Positions 9,317-18,439 are shown, counted from the stretch's first letter. The stretch is 64,000 nt of DNA from Alphaproteobacteria bacterium (GCA_965205265.1 CBDBGH010000003.1:1888001-1952000), one strand, 5' to 3'. Made by a program: numbers and translations. The notes: generated by a model not told the origin, from the sequence alone.

Positions 9317-9386
9317 CATGACATCGCATGACACATCGCAGGGGGGGCCGCCGGGCGCGCATGACAAAACATGACATCCCATGACA
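9317..9386 (+). repeat. 10-bp-phased CATGACA repeats (9317, 9327, 9360, 9370, 9380)
   Basis: Read directly; 9361-9384 encodes MTKHDIP-stop. Confidence 0.85.
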
Positions 9387-9418
9387 GTCCCGCGAGAGGA
9401 CGCCGGCCGGCAGCGCCG

Positions 9419-10069
9419 CTACCGCCCCGCGAGCCGCGTCATGAAGGCGAGCCCGGCCTGCATGCCGGCGGGGTCGATGCCGTGGCCGAGGCCCGGCCGG
9501 CCGTGGGTCTCGACCGCGAAACCGGCGCCCTCCAGCGCCGCCGCCGCCTCGGCCATGGAGGCATAGGGCACGAGCTCGTCCCTCTCGCCGTGGATGAGCG
9601 CCACCGGCGGCCGGCTCTGCGCTTCCCGCTCCAGCAGTTCCGGGGCCAGCAGGCGGCCGGAATAGCCGAGAATGCCCGCCAGCGGTTCCCTGCGCCGGGG
9701 CCCTGTATGCAGCGCCAGCATGGTCCCTTGGCTGAAGCCGGCGAGGGTGAGCGCCGCAGGCGGCAGGCCGGTTTCCTCCAGCAGGTCGTCGATGAAGCCA
9801 TCGACCATCGCCGACGCGGCGCGCAGGCCGCCCAAGCGCAAGGCGTCGCCGCGCCCGTGGATGCCGAACCACTGGCGGCCGAACGGCGCGCCCTCGCAGG
9901 GAAACGGCGCATGCGGGGATACGAACAGCGTGTCGGACATGGCTGGCGCCCAAGCGGGCGCCAGGCCGATCAGGTCGTCGCCGTCCGCCCCGTAGCCGTG
10001 CAGCAGCAGCACGATGCGGGCGGGCGCCGCGCCCGTGGCGGGCGGATGCCGGGGGCCGTCGAGTCGCAT
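9419..10069 (-). CDS. Phospholipase/carboxylesterase (alpha/beta hydrolase)
   Basis: LLHGYGADG, GFSQG nucleophile motif, HGERDELVP, GLGHGID. Confidence 0.92.
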   Translation of the reverse strand: MRLDGPRHPPATGAAPARIVLLLHGYGADGDDLIGLAPAWAPAMSDTLFVSPHAPFPCEGAPFGRQWFGIHGRGDALRLGGLRAASAMVDGFIDDLLEETGLPPAALTLAGFSQGTMLALHTGPRRREPLAGILGYSGRLLAPELLEREAQSRPPVALIHGERDELVPYASMAEAAAALEGAGFAVETHGRPGLGHGIDPAGMQAGLAFMTRLAGR

Positions 10070-10112
10070 GGCGTTGACGGCTAGCCCAAAGCCGGGGTCT
10101 TGTCACCCTTCC

Positions 10113-10871
10113 ATGGCTACCGTCACCCGCTTCGCCCCGAGCCCGACGGGCCGGCTGCATCTGGGCCACGCCTATGCGGCGCTGTTCGCCGCCGACCGGG
10201 CGGCGCGCGCCGGCGGGCGGTTCCTCGTCCGGATCGAGGATATCGACCGGAGCCGCTGCCGCCCCGAATTCGAGGCCGGCATACTGGAGGACCTCGCCTG
10301 GCTCGGCCTCGAATGGGAAGAACCGGTGCGCCGGCAGTCGGACCATATGGACGACTACGCCCGCGCGCTGACCTCGCTCGACGAGCGCGGGCTGATCTAC
10401 CCCTGCTTCTGCACCCGCCGGGAGATCGAGGCGGCGGCGACTGCGCCCCACGGCCCCGAGGGCCCACCCTATCCCGGCACCTGCCGGGCGCTGACCGAAG
10501 CCGAGCGCGAGGCGCGCATGGCGCGGGGCGACCCATATGCGCTCCGGCTGACGGAAGGCGACACGGTGGTCGCGCGCAAGGACATCCGCACGAGCTACCA
10601 TCTGGCCGTCGTGGTGGACGACGCGCTCCAGGGCGTGACCTTGGTGACGCGCGGCGCGGACCTCGCCTTCGCCGTGCCGGTCCAGAACCGCCTGCAAAGG
10701 CTGCTCGGCCTGCCGGTGCCGGACTACGAACACCATCCTGTGCTGACCGACGCCGGCGGCCGCCGCCTCGCCAAGCGCGACCGCGCGCTGACCCTGCAAA
10801 GCCTGCGCGAGGCGGGCGTCACCCCCGGCGAAGTGCGGGCGCGGATCGGGCGGATGGGCGGGGTGTTCTGA
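10113..10871 (+). CDS. gluQ: tRNA glutamyl-Q(34) synthetase GluQRS
   Basis: TRFAPSPTGRLHLGH, RIEDID, YPCFCTR, SYHLAVVVDDA, RLAKRD; no anticodon-binding domain. Confidence 0.92.
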   Translation: MATVTRFAPSPTGRLHLGHAYAALFAADRAARAGGRFLVRIEDIDRSRCRPEFEAGILEDLAWLGLEWEEPVRRQSDHMDDYARALTSLDERGLIYPCFCTRREIEAAATAPHGPEGPPYPGTCRALTEAEREARMARGDPYALRLTEGDTVVARKDIRTSYHLAVVVDDALQGVTLVTRGADLAFAVPVQNRLQRLLGLPVPDYEHHPVLTDAGGRRLAKRDRALTLQSLREAGVTPGEVRARIGRMGGVF

Positions 10872-10886
10872 TGCCAACGGTCCCCT

Positions 10887-11350
10887 CCGTCATGCCCGAA
10901 CGCCCCTCCTCCGTCATACCCGGACTTGTTCCACTGGTGTCCGGTTCAGACATTGAGGGGGAGCCGAACGGGATTTCGGGAGCGCGCGGCGTCCCCGGTC
11001 GGCCTCCTGTCCGTCATGCCCGAACGCCCCCCTTCGACAGGTTCAGGGCAGGCTCTTTCGTCATACCCGGACTTGTTCCGGGTATCTCTCTCAAGCGGCT
11101 CTGCCAGGCGGCCGTATGGATACCCGGAACAAGTCCGGGTATGACGGGAACAGGGCCGGGCCGCCGGGCGTCGATCCGGGTCCCGATCTCGCCGAACCCC
11201 TCGAAACCCGGTTGAATCCAGGCCATGCGCTCTGTCCCCCAAATCTAAACCGGACAACCGTGGACTTGTTCCGGGCATCCATGCGGCCGTCCGGCGGAAG
11301 CGGCCGAGGGAGATGCCCGGAACAAGTCCGGGAATGACGATATGGGGGCA
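10887..11350. repeat. Cluster of REP-like palindromes (GTCATACCCGGACTTGTTCCGGGTATC..GATACCCGGAACAAGTCCGGGTATGAC type, plus CCCTTCGACAGGTTCAGGGCAGG)
   Basis: Complete unit at 11059-11146; split unit at 10913-10930 + 11264-11339; same family at 36073-36161. Confidence 0.85.
10931..11263. mobile_element. Putative 333-bp MITE inserted into a REP loop
   Basis: Imperfect TIRs CCACTGGTGTCCGGTTCAGA and (rc) CCACGGTTGTCCGGTTTAGA; flanking direct repeat ACTTGTT at 10924-10930 and 11264-11270. Confidence 0.65.
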
Positions 11351-11402
11351 TGACGGGAAGAGGGGCGGGGCAACGCCTTCGGACACCAAGTGCCGCGCCC
11401 GG

Positions 11403-12248
11403 CTACATCTTCGCCGCGAACGCCTCGAAGGACCTGCCGCCCGCGCTGACGGCGTCGAAGAGCATCGAGAAGTGGTTCGCGCCCGGCACGGTGACGCGCT
11501 CGACCGCGCAACCCGCCGCTTCCGCAAGGTCGGCATAGCTTGCGCTCTGCGCCTGCCAGCCGGCCGGCTCTTCGCCGCCGACCGAGACGACCATCGGCAC
11601 GGGCCGCGCCGGCGGACGGCTGAAGACGTCGTTGCGCGCCGCCATGGCCTCGTCGAGCCGCACCTCCTCGTTCACCGAAATGCGCCGCACGACCGGCGTC
11701 TCGTAGATGCCGCTCATGCAGTGCGCGCCGGCTATGAGCGCCGCCGAAGCCGGGTCCGCCAGCAGCATGGCGGTCAGATGCGCCCCCGCCGAATGGCCGC
11801 CGACGAAGAGCCGTGCCGGGTCGCAGCCCCACGCCCCGGCATGAGCATGGACGAAGGCGAGGCACGCCTTCATCTGCGCCACGATGTCGTCCAGGGTCAC
11901 ATCCGGGCAGAGGTCGTAATCGACATTGGCGACGGCCACGCCGCGCTCGACGAAGCCGCCGACGGCGAAGCTGTGGTCCGCCTTGGAGAAGCGCCGCCAG
12001 TAGCCGCCGTGGATGAACATGAACAGCGCGCCGTTTCCGCCCGAGGCCGGCCGGTGCAGGTCCAGCGCCTCGCGCGGGCCGGCTCCGTAGGCGATGTCGT
12101 AACTGCCGGGCCAGGATTCGCGCGCCGCTTCGGCGGCCGCCAGATATTCGCCCAGATGGGCCTCCACCGCCTCGTCGCCGACGGCGGCGCGCGGATTGAA
12201 ATGCGCTTCCAGCGCCGCATCGTCCGCCGAACGCCAGTCGAATGTCAC
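11403..12248 (-). CDS. Alpha/beta hydrolase, arylformamidase (kynurenine formamidase)-like
   Basis: FIHGGYW, VDYDLCP, GHSAGAHL, GANHFSM. Confidence 0.85.
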   Translation of the reverse strand: MTFDWRSADDAALEAHFNPRAAVGDEAVEAHLGEYLAAAEAARESWPGSYDIAYGAGPREALDLHRPASGGNGALFMFIHGGYWRRFSKADHSFAVGGFVERGVAVANVDYDLCPDVTLDDIVAQMKACLAFVHAHAGAWGCDPARLFVGGHSAGAHLTAMLLADPASAALIAGAHCMSGIYETPVVRRISVNEEVRLDEAMAARNDVFSRPPARPVPMVVSVGGEEPAGWQAQSASYADLAEAAGCAVERVTVPGANHFSMLFDAVSAGGRSFEAFAAKM

Positions 12249-12331
12249 TTTGCCCCTCCCGCTTCGCGCCTGTTGGCTTTGGCCGCCGCCATTGTACCAT
12301 GACCACATCCGGATACAGGGGAGGCCCCGCC

Positions 12332-13372
12332 ATGCCGCTCACCTGCGCCCATCTCGTCGGCAGCCTGCCCTACCCCGACGCCGACACCGCCTTCATGGAA
12401 ATCGGCAGCCGGCTGGGCGCGCATCTCAGGCGGATTCCGGACGGCGAGACCGGCGAACGGGCGCGCTGGATCTTCTGGCAGCGGGCCAAGGTCGCGGCGC
12501 ATCCGGCCATGGAGGTCGCCGCCGACGAGGACAAGGCGCGCATCCACCAGTGGGACGGCAAGCTGATCCGCGAGTGGGAGTTGCTCCGTTTCCGGGAAGG
12601 CGTCGATCCGGCGGCGGTAGAGTTCGATCCGGGCTATGCGCCGGAGGCCGCCCGTTCCTGGGCCCGTTTCACCGCCATGCGCGAGGCCGGGACGCTGCCG
12701 GCCGGGGTGCGCTTCCAGGTGTGCCTGCCAACGCCGATGGCCGTCGGCTACTGGTTCGTCTCGCCCTCCTGCCGTCCGGAGTTCTTCGCGGCCTATGAGC
12801 GCGCCTTCAAGGCCGACCTCGCGAAGATCTGCGCCGCGATCCCCCCGGACGATCTGGCGATCCAGTGGGATGTCTGCCAGGAGGTGCTGGCCTGGGAAGG
12901 CTATTTCCCGAACCGGCCGGCGAGCTACAAGGAGGACATCACGGCCATGCTGGCGCGCCTCGGCAACGCCGTGCCGGAGCCGGCGGAGCTCGGCTACCAC
13001 CTCTGCTACGGCACGCCGAATGACGAGCATGTGGTGATGCCGACCGACCTCGCCAACACGGTCGAGATTACCCACGGACTCCTCGCCGGGCTGGAGCGGT
13101 CTCTCCAGTTCGTCCATGTCCCGGCGCCGAAGCATCGCGACGACGCGGCCTATTACGCGCCGCTTGCAGACCTGCGCCTGCCCGAAGGCTGCGAGCTTTA
13201 TCTCGGCATCATCCACCACGACGACCGGGAGGGCGACCGCCGCCGCATCGCCGCCGCTGCGGAGTTCGCGGCCTCCTTCGGCATCGCGACGGAATGCGGC
13301 TGGGGCCGCGGCGACCCGGCCCGCGCCCCCGGCCTGCTCGACAGCCACCGCATCGCGCTCGAAGCGGAATGA
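12332..13372 (+). CDS. Cobalamin-independent methionine synthase-like TIM-barrel protein
   Basis: HLVGSLP, RIPDGETGER, AIQWD, YHLCYG, ATECGWGR metal-ligand pattern. Confidence 0.7.
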   Translation: MPLTCAHLVGSLPYPDADTAFMEIGSRLGAHLRRIPDGETGERARWIFWQRAKVAAHPAMEVAADEDKARIHQWDGKLIREWELLRFREGVDPAAVEFDPGYAPEAARSWARFTAMREAGTLPAGVRFQVCLPTPMAVGYWFVSPSCRPEFFAAYERAFKADLAKICAAIPPDDLAIQWDVCQEVLAWEGYFPNRPASYKEDITAMLARLGNAVPEPAELGYHLCYGTPNDEHVVMPTDLANTVEITHGLLAGLERSLQFVHVPAPKHRDDAAYYAPLADLRLPEGCELYLGIIHHDDREGDRRRIAAAAEFAASFGIATECGWGRGDPARAPGLLDSHRIALEAE

Positions 13373-13385
13373 GCCTGTCTGTAAG

Positions 13386-13721
13386 TCAGGTAAGCGCGCG
13401 CAAAGCCGCTTCGGGCGCCTTGTCGAGGATTTTCAGCAAGGCCCTTGCGGCGCCCGTAGGACCGCGCTTGCCCTGCTCCCAGTTGCGGATCGTTTCCTGC
13501 GGCACGTCTATGCGGCGCGCGAACTCCACTTGCGTCAGCCCGAGGCGCCGGCGCACCCGCCGGGCGAAGCGCGCCATGTCCTGCATCGCCTCGGCATCGT
13601 CCTCGCGCGCCTGCCGCGCGATGTCCTCTTCGGTTGTCCCGTCCAACACCCCGTAATCGACCCGTCCCGAAGGAACGGTCTGCGGATCGTCCGGGTCAAT
13701 CCGGACGCGCGTTCTGCTCAT
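13386..13721 (-). CDS. XRE/Cro HTH protein, putative antitoxin
   Basis: RRRLGLTQVEFARRIDVPQETIRNWEQGKRGPTGAARALL; overlaps the downstream end of brnT. Confidence 0.85.
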   Translation of the reverse strand: MSRTRVRIDPDDPQTVPSGRVDYGVLDGTTEEDIARQAREDDAEAMQDMARFARRVRRRLGLTQVEFARRIDVPQETIRNWEQGKRGPTGAARALLKILDKAPEAALRALT

Positions 13722-13977
13722 ATTCCCGTACCTCCCGGGCATTGGCCTTGCCGGCCGACACGATGCGAACGACGGCACCGCGCATCGTGTAGATCACAAC
13801 GAAGAGCCGACCCTCAATTGCGCCAAGCAACCTGTAACGGTCCTCGCCATAGTTCCAGCGGCGGTCCTGATCTACGATCCTGTCGCGATCCAGGAACGCG
13901 CGGACGACATAGGCGAAGTCGAAGCCGCGTTGCGCGAGACAAGCATCGCTCTTGGTGTTGTCCCACTCGAATTTCAT
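13696..13977 (-). CDS. brnT: BrnT-family toxin
   Basis: MKFEWDNTKS..RGFDF..YGEDRY..VVIYTMR..RIVSAGKAN. Confidence 0.88.
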   Translation of the reverse strand: MKFEWDNTKSDACLAQRGFDFAYVVRAFLDRDRIVDQDRRWNYGEDRYRLLGAIEGRLFVVIYTMRGAVVRIVSAGKANAREVREYEQNARPD

Positions 13978-14053
13978 TGAATCGTATAGTTCATTGGCCT
14001 ACCTATGTCCAGCATCGGTGAGATGGTGCCGGCCCGGTTGACTGGATGCGGCG

Positions 14054-14887
14054 CTATCGACCGCCATCGTTCCCTGCCCGCCCGATTTCCTCCTTGAGGG
14101 CCCGGATTTCGCTGCGGAGGCCTTCCAGTTCCGTTGCGAGGAAGGAGGCTTCGGCCTCCGTCACCTGCCGGAGCACCGCCTCCGTCTCTTCCCGGTCCGC
14201 CGTGTGCAGGGTCTGCATGGCATCGACGATGACAGCGATGAAGAGGTTCAGCACCGCGAAGCTCGTCAGCAGGATGAAAGGCACGAAGAAGGCCCACGCC
14301 CAATCGAAGGTTTCCATCACCGGGCGCACGATGCCCATCGACCAGCTTTCCAGCGTCATGATCTGGAAGAGCGAATACATGGACGCGCCGACGCTGCCGA
14401 ACCATTCCGGAAACGCCTCGCCGAACATGCGCGTCGCCATAACCGCGCCGACATAGAACACCAGCAGCAGCAGGCTGGAGATCGAGCCCAGGCCCGGTAT
14501 GGCGTGCAGCAGCGCCTCCACCACCTTGCGCATCTGCGGCACGACCGAAACCAGCCTCAGCACCCGCAGGATGCGGAGCGCGCGCAGCACGGAGAGATTG
14601 CCGGTCGCCGGAATGAGCGTGATGGAGATGACGGCGAAGTCGAACAGGTTCCAGCCGCGCCTGAAGAAGGCCGGCCCCTCGGCCACCAGCCGGGCGGCGA
14701 TCTCGACGACGAACACCGCCACGATCGCCTTGTCGAGCCAACCGAGCCAGGGCGAGAGCGCCTCGTTGATCGTCGCCGAGGTTTCCAGGCCGAGCGTCAC
14801 CGCGTTGACGACGATCAGCACCGTCACCAGCCGTTCCGTCTTCGGCGCGCTCACCAGACCGTTCAACCGCTCGCGCCAGGCCGCCAT
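14054..14887 (-). CDS. Bacterial voltage-gated sodium channel (ion transporter)
   Basis: S4 RALRILRVLRL; selectivity filter FQIMTLESWSMGIVRP; S6 LNLFIAVIVDAM. Confidence 0.93.
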   Translation of the reverse strand: MAAWRERLNGLVSAPKTERLVTVLIVVNAVTLGLETSATINEALSPWLGWLDKAIVAVFVVEIAARLVAEGPAFFRRGWNLFDFAVISITLIPATGNLSVLRALRILRVLRLVSVVPQMRKVVEALLHAIPGLGSISSLLLLVFYVGAVMATRMFGEAFPEWFGSVGASMYSLFQIMTLESWSMGIVRPVMETFDWAWAFFVPFILLTSFAVLNLFIAVIVDAMQTLHTADREETEAVLRQVTEAEASFLATELEGLRSEIRALKEEIGRAGNDGGR

Positions 14888-14985
14888 TTCTTCCTCCCTC
14901 ACCGGAATGGCGGCCAGATAGTCAAGACGCGCAGGCGCATGCAAGCGGTTGCGGCGGCGGCTCCTTGCGGCTATCCGGCGCGCTC

Positions 14986-16173
14986 ATGGCCGCCGTCCTG
15001 CCCGCCCTGGTCGCAACCCTCGCGATGCAGGCCATCGTCGTCATCGCCTCGCTCATCGTGCCGATCACGGTGCAGGAGAGCGCGGACGCGCTCGGCTTCG
15101 ACCCGGCCATGGTCGGCTATTACACGATGGCGATGTGGCTCGGCGGCATGGTCTCAACCCTCTATTCGGGCGGACTGATACGCCGCTTCGGCGCGCTGCG
15201 CGTTTGTCAGGCGACGATGGGGATCGCCGCGGCGGGCGCGCTCCTGACGGGCGTGGCGAGCATTGCCGCCTTCGGGCTTGCGGGCGTCCTGATCGGCATG
15301 GCTTACGGGCCCGCCAACCCCGCCGGCTCCCACCTGCTTGCACGCCTCTCCCCGCCGCATCTGCGCGGGCGGGTGTTCTCCGTCAAGCAGACCAGCGTGC
15401 CCGTAGGGGCCGCCATTGCCGGCCTGCTGGTGCCGGCGGTCGTGGACGACTGGGGTTGGCAGGCCGCAAGTCCGGTCATCGCTCTGCTTTGCATCGCGGC
15501 AATGGTGGCCGTCCAGCCCTGGCGCGCCGGCCTCGACAGCGACCGCGACCCCTCGGCGCCTGCGCTCGCGACCCGCCCCCTTGCCGCGATCCGGCAGGTC
15601 TGGGCGCTGCCTGCCCTGCGCCGCACAGTTCTTGCTTCCGCCGCGCTCTCCATGGGGCAGTTCTGCTTTACGGCATTCTTTGTCGTCTTCGCGATGCAGC
15701 GCGCCGGCTTCGACCTCGCCGGGGCGGGTTCGTTGTTCTCGGTCGGCTTCGTTGCTGCCATTGCAGGCCGCGTAGCCTGGGGCTGGGCAGCCGACGCGAC
15801 CTCAAGCCGCGCCGCGCTCGCGACGCTCGGCACCGCCATGGCCGCAACGGCGCTGGTTGCCACGACCGTGGGCCCGGGCTGGTCCTGGCTCGGTGTCGCG
15901 GCACTGTCGGCGGCCTTCGGCGCAACGGCCGTCGGCTGGAACGGGGTCTATCTGGCGGAGGTCGCCCGGCTTGCGCCCGGCGGCGATGTCGGCGCGGCCA
16001 CGGGCGGCGCGATGTTCTTCACGCTCGCCGGCTCCGCCTTCGGTCCGGCGCTGTTCGGAGCGGTTGCGGCGTCGCTGGGCTACAGCGCCGCGTTCGTCCT
16101 GATGGCCGCCGTCACGGGCGCCGCAGGCCTGTGGATTGCGTTCGGAAGAGACCCCGCGCCGGAACGCGCCTGA
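14986..16173 (+). CDS. MFS transporter
   Basis: About 12 hydrophobic segments; GLIRRFG, RGRVFSVKQT, GWAAD. Confidence 0.88.
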   Translation: MAAVLPALVATLAMQAIVVIASLIVPITVQESADALGFDPAMVGYYTMAMWLGGMVSTLYSGGLIRRFGALRVCQATMGIAAAGALLTGVASIAAFGLAGVLIGMAYGPANPAGSHLLARLSPPHLRGRVFSVKQTSVPVGAAIAGLLVPAVVDDWGWQAASPVIALLCIAAMVAVQPWRAGLDSDRDPSAPALATRPLAAIRQVWALPALRRTVLASAALSMGQFCFTAFFVVFAMQRAGFDLAGAGSLFSVGFVAAIAGRVAWGWAADATSSRAALATLGTAMAATALVATTVGPGWSWLGVAALSAAFGATAVGWNGVYLAEVARLAPGGDVGAATGGAMFFTLAGSAFGPALFGAVAASLGYSAAFVLMAAVTGAAGLWIAFGRDPAPERA

Positions 16174-16263
16174 TTTCGCTTGCGCAGCGTGGCAACCGGC
16201 GTATTTTGTCGCGCCTTGCCGCGCCCCGCGCCGCAATCCATCTCAAGCTTCGGGAGGACGCCT

Positions 16264-16707
16264 TTGGCCCAGTTGTCTGCCGCCATTCCGGACGAGGCGG
16301 TGACCGCCCGCCTGTTTCCCCGCGAACAGGCCGCGGCGAAGGATTACTATGTCGAGCGGGACGGCCTGCGCTATGCCGGCACGCACCTGCTGGTGGATTT
16401 GTGGGGCGCGCACGACCTCGACGACCCGGCCGCTATCGACCGCGCGCTGCGCGCCTGCGCCGAAGCCTCGGGCGCGACCGTTCTGGGAGGCGACCTGCAC
16501 CGCTTCCAGCCGAACGGCGTTTCCGGCGTGTTGCTGCTCGCGGAGTCGCATATCTCGATCCACACATGGCCCGAGCGCGGGTTCGCCGCCCTCGACATTT
16601 TCATGTGCGGGGAGTGCGACCCCTATGCCGGCATCGAGGTGCTGAAACGCGCTTTCGAGCCGGAGCGGATCACGCTTGCCGAGCACAAGCGGGGCATGAT
16701 TCCGTGA
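16264..16707 (+). CDS. speD: S-adenosylmethionine decarboxylase proenzyme (start approximate)
   Basis: YAGTHLLVDLWG; GVSGVLLLAESHISIHTWPE (E-SH cleavage site); DIFMCG. Confidence 0.93.
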   Translation: MAQLSAAIPDEAVTARLFPREQAAAKDYYVERDGLRYAGTHLLVDLWGAHDLDDPAAIDRALRACAEASGATVLGGDLHRFQPNGVSGVLLLAESHISIHTWPERGFAALDIFMCGECDPYAGIEVLKRAFEPERITLAEHKRGMIP

Positions 16708-17555
16708 CCGGCGGCGGCTGGTTCGAGGAAGCCATTCACGCCCACGCAACGCAAAAGCTCGAAGTCACGCAAGTTCTCTACAATTCCGATACGGAGCTGC
16801 AGAAGATCGTCATCTTCGAAAACCCGACCTTCGGGCGGGTGATGACGCTGGACGATGTGGTGCAGGTCACCGAGGGCGACGAATTCATCTACCACGAGAT
16901 GATGGCGCATGTGCCGATCTTGGCGCATGGCGCGGTCCACGACGTGCTGATCGTCGGCGGCGGCGATGGCGGGCTCCTGGAGGAGGTGCTGAAACACCCG
17001 GTCGAGCGCGCCACCATGGTGGAGATCGACCGGGGCGTCGTGGACCTCGCCCGGCGCTACCTGCCGTCGATCTGCAAGGGCGCCTTCGACGACCCGCGCG
17101 CGGAGCTCGTCATCGCCGACGGCGCGCATTTCGTCGCCGAGACGGAGAGCCGCTACGACGTAATCCTGATCGATTCGACCGACCCCGTCGGCCCTGGCGA
17201 GATCCTGTTCCAACGCGAGTTCTACGCTGGCTGCAAGCGTTGCCTGAAGCCGGGCGGCATCCTGGTGACGCAGAACGGCGTGGCCTTCGTGCAGGGTGAG
17301 GAACTGACCTCCTCCTGGCGTCATTTCAACGCGCTGTTCGCGGATGCCTCCGCCTATGCCGTCGCGGTGCCGACCTATATCTGGGGTTTCATGGCGCTCG
17401 GCTGGGCGAGCGACGACCCGTCCCATCGCCGGAGGCCGCTCGCCACAATTGAGAAACGCCATGCTGCGGCCGGCCTCGACACACGTTATTACAATCCGGA
17501 AATTCATCTCGGCGCCTTCGCGCTGCCGACCTACATGAAGGAGCTGATGCGGTGA
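16704..17555 (+). CDS. speE: Polyamine aminopropyltransferase (spermidine synthase)
   Basis: DEFIYHEMMAH, VLIVGGGDGG, VEID, DVILIDSTDPVGPG. Confidence 0.95.
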   Translation: MTGGGWFEEAIHAHATQKLEVTQVLYNSDTELQKIVIFENPTFGRVMTLDDVVQVTEGDEFIYHEMMAHVPILAHGAVHDVLIVGGGDGGLLEEVLKHPVERATMVEIDRGVVDLARRYLPSICKGAFDDPRAELVIADGAHFVAETESRYDVILIDSTDPVGPGEILFQREFYAGCKRCLKPGGILVTQNGVAFVQGEELTSSWRHFNALFADASAYAVAVPTYIWGFMALGWASDDPSHRRRPLATIEKRHAAAGLDTRYYNPEIHLGAFALPTYMKELMR

Positions 17556-18439
17556 CCGCCTCCGGCGCCGGGACAGTCTTGGTAGAAGTCGTTCCGACGG
17601 GCTTTGCGCTCGGCGCAGAAATACGCGGCATCGACGCCCGCGAGCCAGTGCCGGCGGAGACGGCCGAGACGCTGCGGGAGGCGTGGAAACAGCATCTGGT
17701 GCTGCTTTTCCGGGGCCAGGAGGGCCTGACGGACGAGCAGCTGATCGCCTTCACGCGGGTCTTCGGGCCGCTACAGGCAGCGCCCAACAGCGATGTGACA
17801 GCGGGCTTCGGGTCGTTCGCGGACGTGCCTCCGGAAGTGACGATCATCTCCAATATCGAGGTGGACGGCCGGCCCATCGGCGCGCTCGGTGCTGGCGAGG
17901 CGGACTGGCACACGGACATGTCGTTCATCGAGGAGCCGCCGGCCGGCTCCTGCCTCTACGCCATCGAGGTACCGCCTTCCGGAGGCAATACCGCGTTCAC
18001 CAACATGCACCGCGCGCTCGACACGCTCGACGAGGAAACGACGGCCGCGGTGAAGAATGCCCGGTGCGTGCACGACCTGTCGCTGACCTCGACCGGCTCA
18101 CGACGGCAGGGCATCCCGGAAGTCGCCGATGTGCGCGAGACGCCGGGCGCACGCCACCCCGTTCTGCGCACCCACCCCGATACGGGGCGCAAGGCGCTCT
18201 TCCTCGGACGGCGGCGCAATGCCTGGCTCGTCGGCTTCGAGATCAGGGAAAGCGAACGCCTGCTCGACCGCCTCTGGTCTCACGCGGCAGATGAGGCCCA
18301 TGTCTGGGAGCACCGCTGGCGCGAGGGCGATATCGTGCTCTGGGACAACCGCGCCGTCATGCACAGGCGGGACCCCTTCGATCCGGCGACTCGCCGCCTG
18401 ATGCACCGAACCCAGGTCAAGGGCGGGCGGCCTTTCTGA
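17552..18439 (+). CDS. TauD/TfdA-family Fe(II)/2-oxoglutarate dioxygenase
   Basis: WHTD, HPVLRTHPDTGRKALF, WDNRAVMHRR. Confidence 0.92.
   Translation: MTASGAGTVLVEVVPTGFALGAEIRGIDAREPVPAETAETLREAWKQHLVLLFRGQEGLTDEQLIAFTRVFGPLQAAPNSDVTAGFGSFADVPPEVTIISNIEVDGRPIGALGAGEADWHTDMSFIEEPPAGSCLYAIEVPPSGGNTAFTNMHRALDTLDEETTAAVKNARCVHDLSLTSTGSRRQGIPEVADVRETPGARHPVLRTHPDTGRKALFLGRRRNAWLVGFEIRESERLLDRLWSHAADEAHVWEHRWREGDIVLWDNRAVMHRRDPFDPATRRLMHRTQVKGGRPF

Noticed and set aside
8352-9374. Long ORFs 8352-9290 (-) and 8373-9374 (+)
   Set aside because: Arg/Ala/Gly-rich GC shadow frames crossing a TA gene and a promoter, with no recognisable motifs
10887-11350. Repeats as a CRISPR array
   Set aside because: The units are inverted palindromic pairs with irregular spacing and no unique spacers, and there are no cas genes; they fit REP/MITE elements
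14949-17555. 868-aa SpeE fusion
   Set aside because: The N-terminal part is an out-of-frame shadow of the MFS and speD genes; the real start is GTG 16704
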